A stretch of DNA of 19,283 nt from Macrostomum lignano (Eukaryota). This document shows, piece after piece, positions 7,587 to 15,550 of this stretch; position 1 is the stretch's first letter; the number at the start of each line of letters is the position of its first letter. The notes beneath the pieces were generated by a model, which was not told the DNA's origin, ran no database searches, and saw only the letters and a list, made by a program, of their open reading frames with translations. Position numbers and translations under genes: made by a program. The DNA lies in assembly GCA_002269645.1 (NCBI GenBank), contig NIVC01005236.1, forward strand, positions 1 to 19,283, written 5' to 3'.

Positions 7587-8163
7587 CAGCCAACCACCGT
7601 AGTCAAGGGGATAAACTGCGGCGACATTGCAATTTGATAATTTATATAGCTAACTAAAATAAATAAAATAAAAATAAAACGCACTAGCAGAATTAGCATA
7701 ATATGCCGACAGTATAAATACTATATTGTTCTAACGCAAGAATATATATAATATCGCAGCACCCAACTCCGACTGCACCTGGTCGGCGTTGCCGTAGTCT
7801 ATAGAATACACTACGGCGCTAGAAACAAATAGTAGATAAGACATTAGCCTTAGCTCAAATATTCAAAAGTAAACTAAAAAATTAATGCATAAATATGGCA
7901 TAAAATAATGCATATATTGGTCGAAAAATGAGTTACGAGATGAATACTATAAATATAATAGTTGTCAAAATATTCTGTAGACGTCCTCTGCCTGCATCGG
8001 CGTTGCCATAATCGATAAAATACACTAGGGCACGTATAAACATTATAGCAATGGCAAAAATGATTAAAATAATTGATAGCAATGGCACCCGTTCGGTGTT
8101 GCCAAAGTCGATGAAATGAATAAGTGCGTCATCTCTGACGCTAATAGTAATACCCCGAAACCA
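7587..8163 (-). pseudogene. Four Tudor-domain-like coding fragments, antisense to element 1, separated by AT-rich spacers
   Basis: Minus-strand translations: WFRGITISVRDDALIHFIDFGNTERVPLLSI (8071-8163); RALVYFIDYGNAD (7996-8034); SAVVYSIDYGNADQVQSEL (7764-7820); NVAAVYPLDYGGW (7590-7628). They match the recalled Tudor core W(Y/F)R(A/G)...V.(F/Y)(I/V)D(Y/F)GN.E.V. Confidence 0.72.
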
Positions 8164-8506
8164 TGTAATGTGCAATATACGGTTAGTAATTAAAGCATAA
8201 CTACTGGCGACTAGTGAAACGCATAAATAACTCAAAAAGGAAAATAAAAACTGAAAAAAGCAACCATTGAAAACTCGAAAAAATGCATATAGGAACATAG
8301 CTAGCTCAGTGCAGCGCGACCCTGTCAGCTCATTGACGAGTGCAGCGTAACGCTGCGCAGCTGGCTGATCAGGTCAGCGTCGTTACTTCAAAAATCAACT
8401 GCAATTGATCATTAAATTTCGCAAATTCCATAAACACTAGTAGATATAATACTTGTGGGGTAAAAGTAAGCACTACACACACACACACCGCACCGCACGC
8501 ACGCTC

Positions 8507-8845
8507 TCTCTGCCTTTGGCGCGTAGCGCCGTCCTCCGCCTGGCGCGCTGCGCGTCCTCTGCCTTTGGCGCGTAGCGCCGTCCTCTGCCTTTGGCGCGTA
8601 GCGCCATCCTCTGCTTTGGCGCGTAGCGCCATCCTCTGCCTTGGCGCGTAGCGCCATCCTCTGCCTGGCGCGTGGCGCCGTTCTCTGCCTTGGCGCGTGG
8701 CGCCGTTCTCCTGCCTTGGCGCGCTGCGCCGTTTCCTGCCTTGGCGCGCTGCGCCGTTCTTTGCCTTGGCGCGCTGCGCCGTGTCTCCGCCTTGGGCGCT
8801 CTTGCGCCGGTTTCTCCCTTCCGCCTTGGCGCGCCGCGCCGTGTC
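8507..8845. repeat. GC-rich ~25-bp minisatellite, 13 copies, each a GGCGC-NNN-GCGCC hairpin
   Basis: Consensus CTCTGCCTTGGCGCGTAGCGCCRTC. The stem is intact in 11 of 13 copies; loops are gta/gtg/gct/gcc. Confidence 0.9.
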
Positions 8846-9318
8846 CCGCCGCCCTTGACGCTTGGCGTCGTTTGCCCGCAGTTGTCCGGACTGTGCCTCT
8901 GTTCCGTGCCTCTGCTCTGCATCCTTTGCCTCATCCACCTTGTCATCCTTGTTCTGTGTTTGCCTCATCCATCGTATCACTTCTGCGCGTCCTTTGTCGT
9001 TTTTGTGTTCGCGCGCCGCGCCGCTCCGTCGTGCACTACTTTCCGTAACCATTGTTGTATTTTGTAATGTTTTTGTAACACCACCATGTTGTATTGCTCG
9101 TGCTCACCGTGTTCTACTGCCCTGTAATGTTCTGCTCTCGTAATAGTCTGTAGCCTTTGGAACTTTGTAATTTTGTCCGGTAATCATATGCTCATACAAA
9201 CTGACTCAACCCCACTGTAATTCACTCTGCTATAATTTCATAAACTGCGGTCACGTTGTGTTTTTCTTGCCGTCACCCCGCGTGTTGGTTTTCTTTTTGC
9301 GCGACCCTATCCTTTTTC

Positions 9319-9332
9319 GGAAGGGAGGCGGG
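9319..9332 (+). promoter_or_regulatory. Polypurine tract of element 1
   Basis: GGAAGGGAGGCGGG immediately before TGTGACGTT. Confidence 0.88.
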
Positions 9333-10160
9333 TGTGACGTTGTCAGTTTAAGGTGGTCCCGAAAAGGGCCGTTGGACTGCTGTTCTCCATAGTCATTCAA
9401 CCCTTCAGTTTCACCGTTTCAACTAAACTTTTCCATTCGTTTATTGCGACGTTTACTTGTAGTAGTGCCCAACGATTTTGTGGCAATTTCTAATTCACTG
9501 TATATTTTGCTATCCTCTCTCGCGACCGTATAAAATTGGCACGATCGATAATTTTAAGTTCTCTCGCCAGCCAATGAAATCACTCGTGCTCGCGCTACCC
9601 CCCTCTGCGCTCTTTTATTAAACCCCCCGCCTGGCGCGGGCACCCCTCACCCCCTTTTTCGTCTCTCCCCGCTTGTCCCTTGTTTCCTTCCCTGCGGCCT
9701 CTTAGCTGTCTTATCTGTTTGTCTGGCTGCCTCGAGCCTCCTTATTTCTCACCACGGCCCTTCTGTCTGGGCCAGCCTGCTCACACACTTACTTGACTGT
9801 TTCACGCCACGACCGACGCCTACTCACCACTACGTTTCACTGCCTTCACGGTGCTCATAGCCACTGCTCACGTCACGTCGCCATTGTGTCATTCGCCTGC
9901 CACTTGACTTCATATCCAAATTATATTCAACCCATTGCTGCAGCGCCAGTGCCCAGAAAGCTATAGTCTGTTTATTGCCAGTAACAACCAAACTTAATAC
10001 TGATATTAACAATAAAGACAACTACGGCAGTTCCTGCCTTTATCGCCAAGTGCTCCGCTACAAAATCCGCTTTACAAGAATTGACTTCAACTTATTTCGG
10101 GACTAAAACGGCCCTTTTAAGGGTCACCGCATAGCTGGCCGCTACGCCAATAACGTGACA
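9333..10160 (+). repeat. 3' LTR of element 1 (828 bp)
   Basis: TGTGACGTT...AACGTGACA termini (TG..CA, 8/9 inverted match); TATAAAA at 9529-9535, AATAAA at 10011-10016. Confidence 0.95.
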
Positions 10161-10413
10161 ATGTCTTTTCTTACGTACTAAGAGTGAGAGGCCAACACAG
10201 ACTTATTTTTATGAATTTGATTGACGCACAACAAAGACTCGTATATGATTAGTAAAAGGTGGCATATTAGAAAAACAAGTTTTTATTAGAAAAATAGTGA
10301 AATTAAAAATAGTGGCACACACAGAAACACACACACAGGCCTCATTCACATCTCCGAAACCCTCAAAAACTTAACAGCCGAAAGAGTTTGAAAGAGGAAT
10401 TAATCATTAATTT

Positions 10414-10745
10414 GACTGCCACCAGTTTGATGTACTATTATAAAAGAGAAAGGGGAACCTACCACCACCTTGGCGCATTACTAAAGAAAAGAAAAGGAGG
10501 ATCCGCCACCATTTTGAGAGAGGTTGCTAGGGAAAACTGCCACCATTTGTACATTACCAGGGAAGAGAAAGAGGGACCTCGTCACCAATTAGAGTGGATT
10601 GCACGGGGAAACTGTCACCATTTGCCCTTCTACCAGAGGAGAGGAAGACGAAAAACTGCCTTCACTTTAAGGTGTATTATTAAAAGAAGGCGGGGAATAA
10701 GGCTACCACTACTTGATCACCTAGAGCTCAAGAGAAGGAGAGGGA
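10414..10745. repeat. Degenerate ~40-bp tandem repeat with an RCCACCATTT core
   Basis: About 8 recurrences of (ACT)GCCACCATTT(G) followed by purine-rich tracts, with an apparent ~78-bp dimer in the middle. Confidence 0.6.
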
Positions 10746-10875
10746 ATGAAGAAATGAAGAAACCCCCAAGAAGGCCACTATCACACGCCATAAAGTTAAG
10801 ATCCCCATCTATCTACATCCTAATAATTTGCTAGTTTCCTAACTCCTATCTCATCCCTTAAATTCTCATTTTCAG

Positions 10876-11282
10876 GATTCCGGCCGCTAGTAGCCGAGCC
10901 CATCCTTGAAGAGGAGTCCGACTGCGAAGCGCCCGAAGACAGCCATTCAGAGCCGGACGCCCCCTCTGATTCTGGGCCGGCTGCGCCATCTGGTGACATA
11001 GGCGCCGCGGCTCCCGGGCCATGCGACCGCCGAGCCGCCAGCGAACCAGCGTCCGGGGCCGGTTGGCATTCGGTACCACCGCCGTTGTCAGCCCGAGCGC
11101 ACGCTCCGCCGCCGGTCGCCGCGGTGGCGCCCGTGGCTGCCGCTCCACAGCCCTTGCCAACCCCTGTGGTGGAGACCGACGGCTCCTGGCACTTGGTCGT
11201 GCTGTCGACGGCCCTAATAGCCGGTCTCACAATGCACTGGCTACTGCTCTTGGAGCTATTTCTGCGGCTTCCCAACTGCTGA
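10876..11282 (+). CDS. Putative terminal exon (~135 aa): acidic, then Pro/Ala-rich, then C-terminal hydrophobic segment
   Basis: Acceptor-like CCTAAC...TTCTCATTTTCAG|G at 10875/10876; frame 3 open to TGA at 11280-11282: FRPLVAEPILEEESDCEAPEDSHSEPD...SWHLVVLSTALIAGLTMHWLLLLELFLRLPNC; ATTAAA at 11472-11477. Confidence 0.4.
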
Positions 11283-11879
11283 TGCTGGTGGTTCTTAATG
11301 CTTACTTAACTTACTAATTCTAAACTATCTGTCCCCATAACTTGACTTTAATTACTTACCTGACTTTACATTGACTAAACCACTGGCCTACTCTAAACTA
11401 ATTGCTGCCCCATTTGCCTGATGAACTTAATTACATTGAATGCCCCCCCCCCTATTGCCTCATCGAAACCAATTAAAAGTTTCCCAAAATCGGACTTTCA
11501 CAAAGTGTGAACAAACACACGAAATCAGACCTAAAGGTGCTAATTTCCTACGGTCCCAGACTTCCATTGTTCCCAGAAAATCTTAAACAGCGGGGCAGGA
11601 CCTTCCTGTGGAGCAGACCCATAGAAATTTCACTAGTTTCCAAGTTAATATTTACTGATAGGGAATTAACGCATACTGTACGGGCCTAATTTTCGAGCTA
11701 AAATCTTAGATATTTAAACAACACCAACGAGCACGAGGTCACAACATAAATTCGAGTAATAGAGGGCATACGTAAATACGCGAAAAGCGATCTCCAACGG
11801 GGCAACACGAGCAAAATTTCGACACGCGAATCGGGGGGCGGATTAAGCAATCACGGCTAGCTACCGATCTGTTACTCAG

Positions 11880-12230
11880 CGGGGGTCGAATGGGAGACTC
11901 ACACCTAGCAAGTAAACCTTTTCTGTTCGATAGTCTATGATAGCATGCGTACTGGCTAGAAAAGCACTACCCAGGAGGGAAACTGCTGCTGAATTGCCAA
12001 CGACCAGAAAGAGGATTCTCACCTCTTCTAGCCCAATAACTGCTGTGAGGGTGGCCTGGCTAGCATCTCTAATTCATTGCCCGTGTAGGACACGGCCCTC
12101 ACACATGGGGCTCCAGGGCCTCCACACTCTGTCCGGCAATTTTAGTAAAGTCTTGACTGTTAGCAAAGACAGCGCACTGCCCCATCTACCAGGAGGCGGG
12201 TGGGAACATTCTCAATTGGCAACTCTACAA
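11880..12230 (-). pseudogene. Aspartic protease of element 2 (disrupted)
   Basis: Across frames: DIVVELPIENVPTRLLVD-GA (D at 12184-12186; the usual S/T is absent) ...RAVSYTGNELEML..ILFLVVGNSAAVSLLGSAFLASTHAIIDYRTEKVYL. Confidence 0.75.
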
Positions 12231-12334
12231 CAATATCTCTCCCGCGTTGTCCTCCAGCTGGTCGTGGCTGCATAGAAATCGGGTACCTTCTCAAATCTAA
12301 ACTTCTTGCTGGGCGGACGTGGCAGGTTAAGCTG

Positions 12335-12395
12335 GGCCCTAGAGGGGAACGGGGCTGAGTTCGGGCCGGGCCATTCAGCCCTCCACGGGTTTCCC
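12335..12395 (-). promoter_or_regulatory. -1 ribosomal frameshift signal at the gag-pro junction of element 2
   Basis: G GGA AAC (12395-12389), 7-nt spacer, stem GGGCTGA/TCAGCCC (12381-12375 / 12358-12352), and loop GGCCC able to pair with downstream GGGCC (12339-12335). Confidence 0.65.
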
Positions 12396-13814
12396 GAACC
12401 CGGGGGCTCTTCAGCGCGTGGAAGGAGGAGGCATCAGAGCTTGCGCGCGCAGCTGGGCGAGCCTCTCCTGCCTCTCCCTGGTAGCCTCGTCTAACATATC
12501 TCTGCCCCACTCCTCTAAATCTTGCCTATGGCGATCAGGTGGCGCACGAAGCTGCAATTGCTGCTGCTGCACACCCGGCGCCGGCGGCGTGGGCGCCTCC
12601 TGAATTGCAAGCGGCGGGGGCTGGGTTGGCGCCAGTTCCTACTGCTATTAGAGCCGCCCTGCCCCTGCCTCCAGTTCCTGTTGGGAGTGGCGGGGCGAGG
12701 GGGCCTCATCTGCTGGGGCAGCTGGCAACAGACTCTGCTGTCGCCTTCATAGTTTCATTGAGCTGCACCAGCTGGTTGCGCAGATCCTTTTGCGTTTGCT
12801 CTAGCGCGCCCAACCTCTCTTGCATCTCTGATAGGCCGTCACCGTCCTCCTCCGTCTCGTCAGCTTCCTGGTTCACCATCCTGACCCACTTGCGAGGGGC
12901 CTGGGTGGCTGCTGAGGTTGCAGACGGACTTCGGTGCGGGACTCAGACCTGGGCGGGCCACTACTGTCCCATTTCCCGGCTAAGTCTGCGGCTTCTAACA
13001 GGGCTTGCTGCTGTTCTAACACCTGCTCAATTGTCTGCCAGCGACGGCTCAACAGATCTTGTCTGACCTGGCGGGGGAGCTTAGCGTGTTCCAAGTAGGT
13101 GTACACGATTCTTGTTCTCTCTGCTCACCCTGAATCTGAGGAAACATGGCCGTTATCTGAGATCTTATCATAGCAGCAAAAGCACTATGTGATTGGCCGG
13201 GTTTCTGGCTCAGATTCTTCAGCTTATTTCTCTTAGCCAGATCAGTGTTGGCCTCGCCCAACTGCTCTCCTAATCTAGATACGAACTGCTCAAAGGGCAA
13301 TTGCCCGTCCAATCCTAAGGCTAAGTTCTGAAATTCACCTGGGAGGTGCGAGATGAGCACCTGCTTCCTAGCCTGATCTCCTACAGTTCTCTCCGCGTCC
13401 AGCTTGTAGATCATTCTCTCTACCCATTGCACAAAACAGTGTTCGCCGGGAGAGAACTTTTCTACGTAGATTTTCGGCCTCTGGGCGTCTTGGCCCATGT
13501 TTAGCTGGTTAAACGCATTGGCTATAGCGGCAACTAAGTCTCCTAGCTGCGGGACTGCCTGAGGAGGATTCTGGGCTGCGTCCGGGAGCAGCGGCGGCTG
13601 CTGCGTCACCCTGATTGGGAGCGGGAGCTGCTACTCCTTCATCTGGTTCCTCAACTACTACTGCTTCTGGAGGCTGAGGGACCTGGTTACCAGCGGCTGC
13701 GGCCATTGCGGCTGCGGGGGCGGCAACTGCTGGGGTGTCAGCGGCCGAGGGTGGTTGACCAGGGGCGTCTGCGCACACAGCTTCTACGACCCTATCTCCA
13801 CGCGCCCGTGACAT
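12375..13814 (-). pseudogene. gag: Gag of element 2 (several frameshifts)
   Basis: ATG at 13814 (MSRARGDRVV..); capsid-like VEKFSPGEHCFVQWVERM, VLISHL, KLKNLSQKPGQSHSAFAAMIR; coiled-coil LSEMQERLGALEQTQKDLRNQL; no CCHC knuckle seen. Confidence 0.8.
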
Positions 13815-15210
13815 GTGAATGCCGGATAGCTGGGGAGTACCCACCACCGGGAAGGAAAAGAAAAGAAAACCGCGGGCAACTACAGGTAAAGACCGAAAAG
13901 TTGATCCGAAACACACAACACACACACACAGACAAAACTCACACACTTGCGGCGTCGAAGAAAACAAATTGAAAAACGGGTGGCTCCACATAATTCCATT
14001 TAGGCAGTCCTAACGGCTTCACTCGGCAAAGCACACTGACTCAAACTGCGGCTACCACTACCAGTTGTCTATGGCACATCCTGACAGGGAAAAATTGGCT
14101 ATTCAGAGAGACTTGACCTTCATTTTGCGGCCATGCTAGGGAACCCAGATGCCGACCGTAAACGGACTTACGGCACCTGTACAAATTCTCCCTAGGGTTG
14201 CGCGCCGGACCCCATTTCCTTAAGAAAGCTACTACGAAGAAGCGTTGGCGCCTGGACCCAAAAACCCAAGTGGCGGGAGCAATCCCATGGAGGTCCTCCC
14301 ACTTTACTGCCTTGCACAGCCGGAAAACCGTCGGAGTCCAGTGGGGCTTCCACCTCAGGACTACCAATCTTGTACACGCAGCTTCACAAAAGGCGGGAAT
14401 CCAGCTCCCCTACGTCTAGCAGAATCCACAAAAACCAAGACCTCCCCCTTCTGTTCAGAGCGAAGGCGCGCAGCGGAGTCCAGACTAAACTGTCCCCGAA
14501 GTTTTCAGGTTAGGCGGATTACAAGCCTGAAACTCTCGCCCGCTTTCCTAGGATAAACAGACCTAAGTGAGTATCTTCCTGAAATGCTTGCCCCTCCGAT
14601 ACTCCACCTTTGCTGCAGCTCGAAATAGCATACTTGGACCTTTATCTGATGGCGGAGAAAGTCCTACAGTTGTCAGCCTCTCCACTTTACTGTACTTGAA
14701 CGCCCGGTTCTACCAGGAGACAGCGGTACCTCCATCTAGGTTATTCCAAGTTGCCAGAGACGTCAACCCGTCTTATTGACCTTGCGGGCACTGGGTGGCA
14801 CTCTATGTACCGGGGCTTTACATTAGGGGACTGCATGCAACCCTGCGTCTAAGCGCTTAGTGGGCTGCAGTGGCCAGAGGGGAAAAGAGTTGCGCAATAG
14901 CGCCTTCCTGGGCCAGGCTGACAAGTCGGGCAGGAGCGCCGTTCTACCGGGTCGGGCTGATTGGCACACCCACCTCCCCTATCAGACTGACAGCAGGGGG
15001 GAGGAATTACTAAAGGAGGAGAATGCAGCAGGAAACATTACGAGATCACTGGGGGCCACCAGACTTCCAGTACACCATTCCAATACTCACTGAACTCCAC
15101 TATCAATAGGATACTATGGGATCTACTATTTCCAGCCACTGCACCAGCCCAAATGCAACCAAAGCAGTTACTACCGGGTCTGCAATACAGTGGGGAGAGT
15201 CAGCAGACAC

Positions 15211-15242
15211 GTTGGGATCGAATCCCAGCCATGAAGGCACCA
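15211..15242 (-). promoter_or_regulatory. PBS-like tRNA-complementary sequence of element 2 (His-like, imperfect)
   Basis: The plus strand reads GTTGGGATCGAATCCCAGCCATGAAGGCACCA, i.e. T-arm, acceptor-stem strand and CCA, with 3 extra nt relative to a canonical tRNA. Confidence 0.6.
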
Positions 15243-15550
15243 GGGGTTACCGCAGAATTCAGGTCCGGGCTGATCGCAGGTATTCCATAGGAGGTGACAC
15301 TTTTTTTAGCCCGAGATTTTGAGTCACACTGATACCCTACAGAGATACAATCACACCGCTATTCCCATTCCTGCGAGACTTTGTATCCCCAATGTTTCCA
15401 AGGCCATGACTACTGCTTCCCTTACTATGCATATATAGCGAGTTCCCCATAGCCCTTGATAGCTGTTCATTCTAATGGACAAACAAAACACGCTCCGGTC
15501 TCTACGCATTTCTAGGATTAACTGAGCGATCAGGGAGAGCGACTGTTACA
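15243..15550 (-). repeat. Candidate LTR (308 bp) between a PPT-like tract and the PBS
   Basis: Minus strand: GGGGGAG|TGTAACA start at 15550; TATATA inside; ends next to the PBS, but in GTAACCCC rather than CA. No second copy in the window. Confidence 0.45.

Larger units (their letters stand above)
1..10160 (+). mobile_element. Ty3/gypsy LTR retrotransposon (element 1), near full length; the first ~182 nt of the 5' LTR lie left of the window
   Basis: Paired LTRs (1-647 matches 9515-10160), PBS, PPT, and gag-PR-RT-RH-IN domain order (IN after RH = Ty3/gypsy). The right flank begins ATGTC; the left TSD is outside the window. Confidence 0.97.
11550..15550 (-). mobile_element. Second gypsy-like element (element 2): putative LTR, PBS, gag, protease; no RT/RH/IN in the window; 3' boundary undefined
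   Basis: Gag and protease fragments on the minus strand, PBS-like sequence at 15211-15242, candidate LTR at 15243-15550; many frameshifts. Confidence 0.75.

Noticed and set aside
7027-7602. 191-aa ORF with three 27-aa CGTC-containing repeats
   Set aside because: TTG start inside the integrase tail; the opposite strand is also open; variation in the 4th copy preserves RNA stems rather than the peptide. The 81-bp (3n) unit means coding is not fully excluded.
8369-9067. Overlapping ORFs on both strands, with RAKAE-type repeats
   Set aside because: They come from the ~25-bp GC-rich minisatellite. The unit is not a multiple of 3, so the peptide cycles through frames; stop-poor composition explains the openness.
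7179-9318. env gene or chromodomain downstream of integrase
   Set aside because: No long sense ORF with signal peptide and TM, and no chromodomain aromatic-cage motif.
10388-10834. 148-aa ORF with NCHHL repeats
   Set aside because: Translation of the degenerate ~40-bp repeat with a TTG start; no protein family recognised.
15211-15242. tRNA gene
   Set aside because: Only the T-arm and 3' acceptor strand with encoded CCA are present; no D-arm or anticodon arm. Better explained as a PBS.
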